Below are positions 13,714-25,400 of a stretch of 64,000 nucleotides of DNA, piece after piece. Position 1 is the first letter of the stretch. Every line of letters begins with the position of its first letter. The notes below the pieces were generated by a model. That model was not told where the DNA came from. It did no database searches and saw nothing but the letters and a program-made list of their open reading frames with translations. Origin of the DNA: an uncultured delta proteobacterium (GTDB taxonomy: Bacteria; Myxococcota_A; Polyangia; Polyangiales; Polyangiaceae); assembly GCA_963716725.1 (NCBI GenBank), contig CAVQUB010000006.1:32001-96000 (forward strand). The letters run 5' to 3'. The translations under genes were made by a program, and so were the position numbers.

Positions 13714-14178
13714 ATGAAGGGCGACTCTCGCGTCATCGAGCTCTTGAACGAGTACCTGCAAATCGAGCTCACCGGGCACAAGCAGTACCTGCTGGCGGCA
13801 GCGACCTTCGAGCGCTGGGGACTCACTCGCCTCAGGGACGCGGAGAAGGCCTACTCCCATGAAGAGACCGATCACGCCGCGGTGATTCTGCACCGCATCT
13901 TGCTGCTCGAAGGCACGCCCAACCTGAGCGACGCCGGCGCCGTCAGCGCTCCCGCCTCGACGACCGAGCAGCTTCGGCGGGACGAGGCGCTGGTCACCCG
14001 GGCCATCGTCCAGCTGCGAGGAGCCGTCGGTCACGCCGCCAGCGCGGGCGACGACGGGTCCCGCGCGCTCTTGGAGCACATGCTCGTCGACGAAGAGAAG
14101 CACCTCGACTGGCTCGAGCAGCAGCTGGGGCTGATTGCGACGCTCGGCGACAAAATCTACTCCCACGCGCAGATTTAG
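13714..14178 (+). CDS. bfr: Divergent bacterioferritin
   Basis: MKGD..VI..LN start, E18, E51xxH54, E127xxH130, HLDWLE; colinear with E. coli Bfr as recalled. Confidence 0.88.
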   Translation: MKGDSRVIELLNEYLQIELTGHKQYLLAAATFERWGLTRLRDAEKAYSHEETDHAAVILHRILLLEGTPNLSDAGAVSAPASTTEQLRRDEALVTRAIVQLRGAVGHAASAGDDGSRALLEHMLVDEEKHLDWLEQQLGLIATLGDKIYSHAQI

Positions 14179-14282
14179 GCCGCCGGAGCGCAGCTGCCAA
14201 TCGGCGCGATCGCCCGTCATTCCAGCGATTTGCAAGGCCGCGGCCGGGCCGTGTCGATCCAGTTGACCCTCGGAGGAAAACC

Positions 14283-14642
14283 ATGGAGCGACGCGTCAGC
14301 CCCCGCACCAAGATCAGCCTGCCCCTCGCGGTGATTCGCGGCAGGACCCGCACCCTCGCCCGCTGCGTCGAGCTGTCTCACAGCGGGCTCTTGGCCATCA
14401 TGCCGAAGGGGATCCGGGACAGCGCCTTCGAGTACGTATCCGCGAGTCTGCTGCTCGACGGCGGCATCGTGCCGCTGCTCCTGCGGCGGATCCGCCTCAA
14501 GAACGAGCTGGTTGCCTATCGGATCGTGGACATCGACGACAAGTCCCAAGGTCTGCTGACCGAGTTCCTGTTCGACCAGCTGCACTCGACCTTGCCGCCC
14601 GCGCCGTCGCGACGGCTCAGCAAGCCGCCGGTCGCGGCCTGA
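14283..14642 (+). CDS. PilZ domain protein
   Basis: GGAGG RBS; ERRVSPR (RxxxR) and ELSHSG ([D/N]xSxxG-like) motifs. Confidence 0.75.
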   Translation: MERRVSPRTKISLPLAVIRGRTRTLARCVELSHSGLLAIMPKGIRDSAFEYVSASLLLDGGIVPLLLRRIRLKNELVAYRIVDIDDKSQGLLTEFLFDQLHSTLPPAPSRRLSKPPVAA

Positions 14643-14643
14643 G

Positions 14644-15186
14644 TCAGTCCTCTTCGGGCCTGTAAGCCGGGAACGGGTTCTTCCAGTAGCGATCGCCGGT
14701 GCGCCGGTAGACCGTGAGTCGCGCCAAGTCGACGCCGATGGTCGCACTGTAGTGGCGTCCGTCGTTGGTGCCGGCGCCCGCGCCCGCCGCGAGGGTGATG
14801 CCCCAGGGAGCGCCGAGCACGAGCTGCCCCATGCCGCCAGCCGAGCCGAGCTCCCACCATCGCTCGTAGCCGCCGAGGTCGAGCGCCGCCCCCCAGCCGC
14901 CGTTGACGAAGCCGTGGGTCGCCGTACGCATCAAGAGGCCGAGATCCGTGCCCCGACCGAAATGCGTCTGCCAGTGCAGGATGCCACCGAAGATGATGGC
15001 GTGCTTGGGCGACGTGCCGAGGCCGGTGTCGAGCTGCAGCGCGGGCTGCGAGGCGGTGGCCTCATCGCCTTGCTTCGTCCACGAATACCCCGGTGCAACG
15101 TAGAGCCACGACGAAACGTCGGCGCGCGCCGGCGCCGGGACGAGCGCCAGGCCCAGCAGGAGCGCGGTCACGACAGGACGCTTCAC
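14644..15186 (-). CDS. Hypothetical secreted/outer-membrane protein
   Basis: Signal peptide ending ARA-D; Gly/aromatic-rich amphipathic strands. Confidence 0.65.
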   Translation of the reverse strand: MKRPVVTALLLGLALVPAPARADVSSWLYVAPGYSWTKQGDEATASQPALQLDTGLGTSPKHAIIFGGILHWQTHFGRGTDLGLLMRTATHGFVNGGWGAALDLGGYERWWELGSAGGMGQLVLGAPWGITLAAGAGAGTNDGRHYSATIGVDLARLTVYRRTGDRYWKNPFPAYRPEED

Positions 15187-15243
15187 GGGCGCCGAGGTAC
15201 CACGAACGGGCAGGCCAACCAATTGATTTCCTGGGAACTCTCA

Positions 15244-15398
15244 GGGGCTGTGAGGGAATCCCCAGCGACCGCGAAGCAAGGAGCACCGGCAGCGCTCCGG
15301 AGTCGCCGGCACCGGGGCGAGGCGAGAGCCCAGGTTGATTCGCCGCGAGACGCTGGGGCGGATCTGTGCGGCGCCGCGAGCGGCAGCGTCGTCCTCCG
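15244..15398 (-). mobile_element. Extra IS1182-like right-end fragment (diverged tandem copy of 15404-15535)
   Basis: GGGGCTGTGAGGGAATCCCC...GGAGCACCGGCAGCGC...GAGACGCTGGG repeats with ~160 bp period; reverse complement resembles 18750-18881 (CCTGGG..CTCGCC.TCGC). Confidence 0.6.
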
Positions 15399-15403
15399 TC
15401 TCA

Positions 15404-15765
15404 GAGCCTGTGAAAGAATCCCCGCCGCCCACGAAGGAAGGAGCACCGGCAGCGCTTCGGGGTCGCCGGCATGGGGCCGAGGCGCGCGAGAGACGCTGGG
15501 TCGGGTCTGTGCGGAGCCGCGAGCAGCAGTGTCGCGGACTGGGCGCGAGCGCTTCCGACCTGGACGCCTTCCCGCCCGGAGCTCTACCGCGCTCGAAGGC
15601 GAAACGGTCCTGCCAAGCGTCAGTTCCGGACCCACTGCGCTGCCGCTGACAAGGACCTGAGGGGGCGTCCCGTGCACGACCCTTGGAAGTCCCTGGCGAG
15701 GGACGACCCTTGGAAGTCCCTGGCGAGGGACGCCCCTTGGAGGGGGGCGTGCAAGCACCGTCCCA
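15404..15765 (-). mobile_element. Non-autonomous IS1182-like element (left and right ends, no transposase)
   Basis: Minus strand starts TGGGACGGTGCTTGCACGCCCCC vs TGAGACGGTTCGTGCACACCCCC at 17278 (19/23), similarity continues ~90 bp; ends GATTCTTTCACAGGCTC-TGA. Confidence 0.65.
15676..15741. repeat. 27-bp tandem repeat (2 exact copies plus a partial)
   Basis: ACGACCCTTGGAAGTCCCTGGCGAGGG at 15676-15702 and 15703-15729, partial ACGCCCCTTGGA. Confidence 0.95.
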
Positions 15766-15984
15766 CGCTCGGCGTCACGAGGGAAAGAGCACCGCATCCC
15801 CATTTCTTTCTTGACGCGTTTCCAGGCGACTCGGGCTCGCACTTCGCCGGGCATGTCACCGAAGGCCTCTCTGTTGCGCGACGAAGCTCGCCCATCGTGT
15901 TTCGCTCGAGCGACGACGCGCGACACGTTTGGACGCGTGAAACGCGCTCACCGTGTCGGCCGCGAGGCCAAAAAACAGCGTGTT

Positions 15985-17280
15985 ATGCCAGAAAGCATGC
16001 ACGCTCTCTCTTCGGTCTCCAATCGCGAGCTTCGCGAGCGCCTCTCCTCCGCCGTGAGCGCCGAGCAGCTGGCTTCTGCCGACGTCATCTTCCACCTGGC
16101 GGAGCTCGACCGCCGAAAGCTCTACCTCGAGGACGCCTGCTCCTCACTCTTCGCGTACTGCGTGGAGCGGCTCGGCTACTCCGAGGACGGCGCGAGCAAG
16201 CGAGTCCGTGTCGCCCGCTTGGTTCTGCGTTTTCCCCAGGCCCTCGACGAGCTCGCGAGCGGCGCCATCCACCTGACCGGACTGTTCCTGCTCTCCGGGC
16301 ACCTCACGGAAGACAACGCCAATCGACTCATCGCCGAGGCTCGCGGCAAGTCGAAGCGGCAGCTCGAGGAGCTGCTCGCTCGGTGGGCGCCCCGGTCCGA
16401 CGTACCGGCGACCATCACCCCGAGCGGGCCCGAGCCAGCTCGAGCGGAGTTATCAACAATGTCCGGGACAGGTGGCTCCGAGCTGTCGGCGCCGCCGCCA
16501 TCGGCGCACCGTCCTCGTGTCGAGCCGCTCTCGGCCACGAGCTTCCGCGTGGAATTCACCGCCAGTGCCACGCTCCGCGACAAGCTCGAACACGCCCGGA
16601 ACCTCCTCAGCCACGCCGTGCCGAGCGGGGATCTCGCGACCCTGATCGAGCGAGCCATCGATCAGCTCATCGCCGTGGAGACGAAGCGCCGCGCGGGCGC
16701 GGGCCAGCCACGCAAGCGCCGTGAAACTCGCGCCGGCTCGCGCCACGTGCCGGTGGAGGTCCAGCGCGCGGTGCGGGAGCGGGATGGCAACCAGTGCACC
16801 TTCGTCGATGCCGAGGGACGCCGCTGCTCCGAAAATAGACCGTCCGGCCGGGCCGGAGGAGCGCCGTCCGCTGATGCGAACAGTCGCAAGGAGCCATCTC
16901 GAGTCAGGACGCTGAACACGAGTGGTTTCCTGACCATCGAGCACGTCGACCCGTACGCGATGGGAGGACCAACGACAGTGGATAACTGCTGCTTGCTTTG
17001 TTCGGCTCACAACGCCCACCGGGCGCGACAGGTCTACGGCGAGCAGCACGTCCGGAAGAAGGTCTCGGAGGCTCGCGCGGGCCGGGAAGCGAGCGGTGTG
17101 TCTGCGGGGACTGCGGCCGAGCTGAAGAGCGAAGTGTTCGAGAAGGTGCTGGCGGCTCTGCTTCACTCGGGGTTCAAGCGGCACGAGGCGCGGCGAGCCC
17201 TCGAACAGGTGCGCTCGCTCGGAGTCGAGCCGCAGCTCGAGCCAGTGCTGCGCGGAGCGCTGGCGGTACTCACTCCCTGA
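15985..17280 (+). CDS. HNH endonuclease with DUF222-like N-terminus and RuvA-C-terminal-like tail
   Basis: HLAELDRRKLY...SSLFAYCVERLGYSE; RHVPVEVQRAVRERDGNQCTF...C; IEHVDPYAMGGPTTVDNCCLLCSAHN; LLHSGFKRHEARRAL. Confidence 0.85.
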   Translation: MPESMHALSSVSNRELRERLSSAVSAEQLASADVIFHLAELDRRKLYLEDACSSLFAYCVERLGYSEDGASKRVRVARLVLRFPQALDELASGAIHLTGLFLLSGHLTEDNANRLIAEARGKSKRQLEELLARWAPRSDVPATITPSGPEPARAELSTMSGTGGSELSAPPPSAHRPRVEPLSATSFRVEFTASATLRDKLEHARNLLSHAVPSGDLATLIERAIDQLIAVETKRRAGAGQPRKRRETRAGSRHVPVEVQRAVRERDGNQCTFVDAEGRRCSENRPSGRAGGAPSADANSRKEPSRVRTLNTSGFLTIEHVDPYAMGGPTTVDNCCLLCSAHNAHRARQVYGEQHVRKKVSEARAGREASGVSAGTAAELKSEVFEKVLAALLHSGFKRHEARRALEQVRSLGVEPQLEPVLRGALAVLTP

Positions 17281-18881
17281 GACGGTTCGTGCACACCCCC
17301 GACCAAAGGGGGGGTGCACGGGATGCCGCCTTTGGTCCCGGCAGCGGCAGCGCCGTGGGCACGAATGCCGACGGGTAGAAGGCGCGCACTGCGGCCCGTC
17401 GGTGGCCGCCCCCCATCACGAGCGCGCTGGCGACGCATTCTCGCTCTGCTGCCCGCGCGCGATTGGATAGAAGTGTTCGTGATGAGCTCTTCACACTCAG
17501 ATCCGAAACGCGGCGCCCGACTTCGACAGGCCCATCGTGAGCAACTCGGCTGGGGGCGCATCGATCTGGACGCGCAGGTACCTCACGACCACCCCGTGCG
17601 TGCCATCGCCGCGGTGATCGACCGCCTGGACCTCTCGAAGCTCTACGCTCGCATCGATGCACGCGACTCGAACCCCGGAGCGCCGGCCATCGACCCCAAG
17701 CTCTTGCTCAGCCTGTGGGTGTACGCCACCAGCGACGGCGAGAACAGCGCTCGGGAGATCCAGCGCCTGACCGAGCTGCACGCCGCCTATCGGTGGCTGT
17801 GCGGCGGGGTGAGGCTCAACCACCACACGCTCAGCGACTTTCGCAGCCACAACGCCGAGGTGTTCGACGACCTGATCACGCAGGTGCTGGCCTTGCTCAT
17901 GAGCCACGACCTGGTGGACCTCATGCGTGTCGCGCAGGACGGCACGCGCGTACGGGCCAGCGCCGGAGCGTGTTCTTTTCGCAAGGGCACCACGCTGGAG
18001 GCTCTGCGCCAGGAAGCTCGTGCACATCTGGCCGCGGTCACGGCAGACACCGAGAGCGGCTCGCGGCGAGCCGCGGCGCAGAAGCGTGCGGCCCAGGATC
18101 GCCTGGACCGGCTCGACGCGGCGCTCGCGCAGTTGCCCGGGGTCACGAAGACCAAGAGCAAGAGCGGCGCCAAGGACCCGACCCCTCGAGTGTCGACGAC
18201 CGATCCGCAGGCACGGGTGATGAAGATGGGCGACGGAGGATTCCGGCCCGCCTACAACGTGCAGCTCGCCACGACCGCCGACGACGCGCGGGTCATCGTC
18301 GGTGTCGCCGTCACCCACCGCGGCAGCGACATGGGCGAATCGACTCCGATGCTCGAGCAGATCGAGAAGCGGACGGGCGTCCGGCCACTAGAGCTCCTCG
18401 TCGATGGGGGATACGCGAAGCATGAAGCCATCGACGAAGCGGCCGCGCGCAACGTCACCGTCTACGCTCCGCTGCCCAAGCCCCGCGACGACGACGGCTC
18501 TGACCCTCACCGGCCGAGGGATACCGACAGCGCAGCCGTTGCCGCCTGGAGACAGCGCATGGCCACCGACGAGGCCAAGCAGATCTACCGGCAACGGGCC
18601 GCGACCGCCGAGACCGTCCACGCGGACGCCAAAACGCACCGCGGGCTCGACTCGCTGACCCTGCGGGGACTCGACAAGGCACTGGCCAGCGTGACGCTCT
18701 TCGCGCTCACCTACGACATCCTGCGCGCCATCACACTCGGCGTCTGACCCCGCCACCGCTCTGCTTCCGCGCTCGGACCACCCGAATCGCGTCGCGCCCC
18801 ACGCGCTCCCGCCCTGCGCCTGGGACTCGCCCTCGCTCGATTTCCCGGCGGCGCACGCTCAACCGATTTCTTCTCACCCTC
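17281..18881 (+). mobile_element. IS1182-family insertion sequence (ends approximate)
   Basis: Transposase plus noncoding ends; imperfect termini TGA-GACGGT... and ...ACCCTC-TCA; left-end hairpin CGTGCAC.CCCCC/GGGGG.GTGCACG. Confidence 0.8.
17482..18747 (+). CDS. IS1182-family DDE transposase
   Basis: PHDHPVRAI, GAPAIDPKLLL, SAREIQR, YRWLCG, NHHTLSDFR, AQDGT, STTDPQAR.MK, PAYNVQ, DGGY, YRQR...E. Confidence 0.93.
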   Translation: MSSSHSDPKRGARLRQAHREQLGWGRIDLDAQVPHDHPVRAIAAVIDRLDLSKLYARIDARDSNPGAPAIDPKLLLSLWVYATSDGENSAREIQRLTELHAAYRWLCGGVRLNHHTLSDFRSHNAEVFDDLITQVLALLMSHDLVDLMRVAQDGTRVRASAGACSFRKGTTLEALRQEARAHLAAVTADTESGSRRAAAQKRAAQDRLDRLDAALAQLPGVTKTKSKSGAKDPTPRVSTTDPQARVMKMGDGGFRPAYNVQLATTADDARVIVGVAVTHRGSDMGESTPMLEQIEKRTGVRPLELLVDGGYAKHEAIDEAAARNVTVYAPLPKPRDDDGSDPHRPRDTDSAAVAAWRQRMATDEAKQIYRQRAATAETVHADAKTHRGLDSLTLRGLDKALASVTLFALTYDILRAITLGV

Positions 18882-18908
18882 TCAGTCGGTCAGTCCAACG
18901 CCCCTCGC

Positions 18909-20747
<1,839 letters not shown>

Positions 20748-20864
20748 TCTGCCCCCGCTCGATCACCAGACCCGCACATTGAGGAAGGCCCAGAAGAGCA
20801 TGCCCGCCCGGGGAATCAAGCCGCCCGCGGGAAGTCCGCTGTTTTGCGCCTAGACTGGGGCCAC

Positions 20865-21734
20865 ATGTCCTCGAAGCTCGAGCGCATCGGGCGCCTATCC
20901 GTGAACGACCACACCCGCGACGTCATGGGCATGCGCTACGTGTATCCCGTCGTGTCGCGCCGGGCGGGGGGCGTGAGCGTCGGCGTCAACCTCAACCCGA
21001 ACAACGCCTGCAACTGGCGCTGCGTCTACTGCCAGGTCCCGGAGCTGGGCTTCGGCAAGGGTCCGCCCATCGACCTCGATCTGCTCGCGGTCGAGCTCCA
21101 CGAGATGCTCGACGCCGTCGTGAACGGCGACTTCCTGGAGCGGGCGGCGCCGGACGGCGCCCGGCGCCTCAACGACGTCGCGTTCTCGGGCAACGGCGAG
21201 CCGACCACCTCGCCCGACTTCGCGGCCTCGGTCGAGGTGGTGGCGAAGTCGCTGGAGACCTTCGCGCTGCTCGGCAACATCAAGGTAGTCCTGATCACCA
21301 ACGGATCGATGCTGGGCAAGCCCGAGCTCGAGGTCACGCTGCGCCGCCTGGCGGAGATCGGCGGAGAGGTTTGGTTCAAGCTCGACAGCGCGACCGCTGA
21401 AGGCGCGCTCCGCATCAACAGCTGTCACGCGAGTCCAGAGGAGCACCTGGACAAACTGCGACACGCCGCCCGCGCGTGCCCAACCTGGATCCAAACCTGC
21501 TGGTTTCGCTGGAGCGGCGCGGCCCCGTGCGAGTCCGAGCAGGCAGCCTACCTGGCGGCCTTGACGCGTCTGAAGGGCGAAGGCGTGCCCATCGCCGGAG
21601 TGCATCTCTACTCGCTGGCGCGCCCGTCGTTTCAGCCCGAAGCTCCGGAGCTCGCCGCCCTCGAGCCCGAGCTCTTGCGGGCCTTCGCCGCGCGCATCGA
21701 GGCCCTGGGCCTGACCGTGACGGTCAGCGCCTGA
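20865..21734 (+). CDS. Radical SAM protein
   Basis: YVYPVVSRRAGGVSVGVNLNP, CNWRCVYC, FSGNGEPT, LITNG. Confidence 0.9.
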   Translation: MSSKLERIGRLSVNDHTRDVMGMRYVYPVVSRRAGGVSVGVNLNPNNACNWRCVYCQVPELGFGKGPPIDLDLLAVELHEMLDAVVNGDFLERAAPDGARRLNDVAFSGNGEPTTSPDFAASVEVVAKSLETFALLGNIKVVLITNGSMLGKPELEVTLRRLAEIGGEVWFKLDSATAEGALRINSCHASPEEHLDKLRHAARACPTWIQTCWFRWSGAAPCESEQAAYLAALTRLKGEGVPIAGVHLYSLARPSFQPEAPELAALEPELLRAFAARIEALGLTVTVSA

Positions 21735-22461
21735 GCGCGTCGTGGACCAGGCCCAGCGCGAGCACGCTGGCAACGTCGGCCGCCAGCACCCGAGCCCCGA
21801 AGCTGACCGGCGAGAATCCCGCTTGCGCCAGCAACTCTCGCTCGATGTCGACCCAACCGCCTTCGGGACCGACGGCGACGAGCACCCGGGCGTCAGCGCC
21901 GAGATCACCGCAAGCCGCCGCCACCCGAGGCAGCCGATCATCGACGTCCGCGAGCAAGCGTCGCTCGGCCTGCGGCAGTTCGTGCTCGACCAACTTTCGG
22001 AACGAGCGATGCAACGTGAGCAGGGGCATTCGTGTGTCGCGAGCCTGCACCAGCCCGGCGATCAGTCGAAGTCGGATGGCCTCGGGCTCGAGCTGGTGGC
22101 AGTCGAAGTAGTAACGCTCGACCTTCGCAGCGTTCGTGACCATCACTCGCCCGACGCCCACCGCCGCGAGCGCCGACAGGAGCCGAGCGAACACCTTTGG
22201 CCTCGGCATGGCGAGCACGAGATCGACGCGCGGCCGGGCGGGGACCGCCGCGCATCGGAGCGCTGAGGCGTCGAGCATCACCCGATCCGCGTGCACTTCG
22301 ACCACGCTGGCCAAGCCCAGCGGGCCGTCGACCACGCCCGCACGAACCGTCTGCCCGGGGACCACCCGCAGCACCTCGCGAAGGTGCCGCGCGCGCCCGT
22401 CGGCGAGCGTGACGGTGTCGCCGGCGTCGAGCTCGGCGGCGTCGAGCAAGAGCAGGTTCAC
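21724..22461 (-). CDS. rsmE: 16S rRNA m3U1498 methyltransferase
   Basis: HLREVLRV..G, LAMPRPK, AVGPEGGW...E, VSFGARVL. Confidence 0.88.
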   Translation of the reverse strand: MNLLLLDAAELDAGDTVTLADGRARHLREVLRVVPGQTVRAGVVDGPLGLASVVEVHADRVMLDASALRCAAVPARPRVDLVLAMPRPKVFARLLSALAAVGVGRVMVTNAAKVERYYFDCHQLEPEAIRLRLIAGLVQARDTRMPLLTLHRSFRKLVEHELPQAERRLLADVDDRLPRVAAACGDLGADARVLVAVGPEGGWVDIERELLAQAGFSPVSFGARVLAADVASVLALGLVHDALRR

Positions 22462-25400
22462 AGCAAAGCTTCGCTGGCGTCCTTCGGGAGCTCGATGGCC
22501 TTGGACGAGATCTGGAAGTCCTTGCCGTTCCAGACCGCGTCGTGGCGCTCGAGCTTCACTGGCGCATCCTTCTTGGCGCTGCGCAGTCGCGCCAAGAAGC
22601 TGGCGCGCTCTGCGTCGGCGCCCGTGAGCAGCACCGACGAGAGCCCAGCCTTGGCCGCGTCGGTGGTCTCTCCGAGTCCCATGTCCTTGTCGTCGACCCG
22701 AGTCACGATCACGAAATCGGCGGACAAGTCGTCCCAGGTCAGCAGCACCAGCCTGCCCGGACCGCTGAAGATCTGGAGCTCCTTGAGCTCGCGCTTCACG
22801 GCCGCAGGGTTCGTGCCGGCCGGCGGCTTCTCGATCAAGCGCGCCAGACGCGAGGCCGAGAGCATCCGGGCCCAGCGCCGAGGATCGGTGGGGCCGGGCG
22901 TACCTTGCGCGTTGGCGATCTTGCGCTCGAGACGCAGCGCCTCGTCCACGCGGCCCGCGCCCGCGGCGGCTGCGGCCAGCCTCAGCCACCCAAGCGCGTC
23001 GTCCTTCGCCGTTTCGGTCAGGGTGCGGTACTGCCGATAGGCCGGCTCGTACCAGCCGTGTCCCAGATAGATGTCGCCGAGCAGCCGGCGCGAGTCGATG
23101 CCGTCCGGATCGAACTCGACGATCTCCGAGTAGGTGCGCACGGCCTCGTCGGCCAGGCCCGCACGCGCGAGCGCGTCGCCGATCTGCCGCGCAATGCTCG
23201 GCGTGAGCAGACCTTGGTCACGGAGTCGCCGGCCCAGCACCACGGCTTCGTCCTTCTTGTCGGCTTCGACCAAGAGCTTGACCAGTCGCACGCCGCCGTT
23301 GGGATCTTCCGGAGCCTTGGCGATGGCCTCGCGCACGCGGTCGATGCGCTTGTTCACGTCGCCGATCTCGGAAAGCTCGAGGTCGAGCTTCGGCCAATCG
23401 ACCGCAATGCCGAAGAGCGCCCGCTCGACGGCCGCCACCAGACGCGGATCCACGGCGCGGCGCAGGATCAGCTTGGCCAAGAACTTCTGCACTTCGGGAC
23501 GCCCGGCGAAATGCGAGAGCACCAGGCTCGCCGAGGCCTCGCCGTCGACGCGCTTCTGCATCAGATCGAGGAAGGTGCGCTCGGCGCGCCAGTCGGACAG
23601 CTCGCACGACGCGGCGGCGGCTGCGTGGCGCTGCACGAGATCCGACGGGCTCCGAGTCGTCTTCAGGCGCTTCTGCCACAGGAGCACGCGCTGCGCGATG
23701 GGGCGCGCGGCGGCGTCGCTGCAGGTCTTCGGCAGCTCCACGTCGGACACGACCCGCTTGGCTTCCTCTTTCAACTTGGCGCCGTCTCGATCGTCTTTGT
23801 CCGTAGGGGCGAGCTTCTTGAGGCGCTCCGTCGTGGGCTTCGCGTCGAATTTTCCGGTCTTCTGACCCGCGCGATAGTCGTCCCCATCAGGCCGCATGCC
23901 CGCGGGTCGCGGCAGCGCACCGAGGCCGCCGCCACCGCGGCCCTTTCCGGCAAACGCCGGCAGCCCCTCGGCTTCGGCGGGCGCGGCGGCGGTAGGCGCA
24001 GCGACCACCGGCGACGGCGTGGTCGCCACCTCGGATTTCTCATCTGCCTGATTCTCCATGTCGGCGCCCTGCGCCTGCGCCGGCGACGGCGGCGCGGCCC
24101 TCACGCCTGGCGCTTGCGCCACGCTCTTGCTCTTGGCGGGAGCGGACTCGTTCTCGCTCGAGCCCGAGAGATCGAGCTTGCTACAGCCGAGTGGCATGAA
24201 GCCCGGTGGCAGGATCGCGGCGTGCCGCTCGGCCACCCGGCGTTCGGTGGCCGGATCGACGTCGAGCAGGCTCAGCTGTTTGCCTCTGAGCTTGCTGCGT
24301 TTGCGCTGGATGCCCATCTGGTAGTACGCGGCCTCGCTCTCGAGGGCGAGGATGCTGGTGAAGGGAGTCATCAGCCCGTACTCGAGGCCGAGCGCGACGA
24401 CGCGTCCACGCTCCGCCTCGGGGCCCTGGGCGCCGCCCAGCAAGCGCCGAACGTACTCGGCCGCCCACAGCCGCGGGACGAACTCCGCGATCACGCTCTT
24501 CTCGCGTTCGGCCTCGTACTCTTTCGAGAACTGCTCGCCGCCGATGCGTCCCTTGACCTTCACGCGCTTGGGCAAGTCGTGGTGCGTTCGGGCGAGCACC
24601 ACGACCTCTTGGCCGCGGCTGACCTTGCCGCTGGCGGTCGAGAAAGGCTCGTCGAGACCCGCTCCCAGATCGATCTCGAGATCGGTGATGGTCGGCACCT
24701 TCAGCGCGGCGGTCAGCTCGAGGGCACGCGCCGTGGTCTGCTCGGCCTCGTCCACGCGGAAGGCCGTCCCGCCCCCGGCGCGCGACAGCTCGCTCAGCAG
24801 CGGATGATTCGCCTCGGAGCCGACGCCGACGGTGAACAGGCGCGCTCGCGAAGTGCCGAGGGCTCGGCGCAGGCGCTCCACGATTTGCTCGCCGCTCAAC
24901 TCGCCGCTGGTCGCGACGCCGTCACCCACGTACACCACCGCGGGCTGCTCGGCGCCGTGCAGGCGCTGCAGCGACACGTCGAACATGGCAGAGAGGTCGG
25001 TGGCACCTCCCGCGGAGTACCCCGCGAGCGCCTCCAACGCCTTGGCGATCTCGCCGTCGCTGGCGGCCGCCATGCCGTCTTTGGGGTGCAGCACGGTCGG
25101 CTGCACGTCGAGGGCGACCAGCGCAAAGCGGTCGTCGTCCGAGAGCGCCCGCAAGATGGATTCCGCCGCCGCCGTCTTGAGCTGCCGTGACGCCTCGTCT
25201 CCCGCCGCAGACGTGTCCACGACCACGACCACGTCGCCGCGCTGCTGCTTCACGCCTTTCCAGTCGAGATCGGGCGTGTAGCGCACCATGACGTAGTCGG
25301 CGCTCTCACCGTCAGCCTTGTAGCGCGAGACCGCCAGGGGCGGCCGGCGCTCGGGCAGGGTCGCTTCGAGCTGGAAGTCGGCCCGCGGCGTGTAGCCGCT

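Noticed and set aside
15676..15741. 27-bp repeats near an HNH nuclease as a mini CRISPR array
   Set aside because: The units are directly adjacent with no spacers, no cas genes are present, and they lie inside an IS-like left end.
15985..17280. HNH protein as IscB/Cas9-like RNA-guided nuclease
   Set aside because: No PLMP motif or split RuvC motifs are visible, and the upstream noncoding DNA is largely explained by IS1182-like ends.
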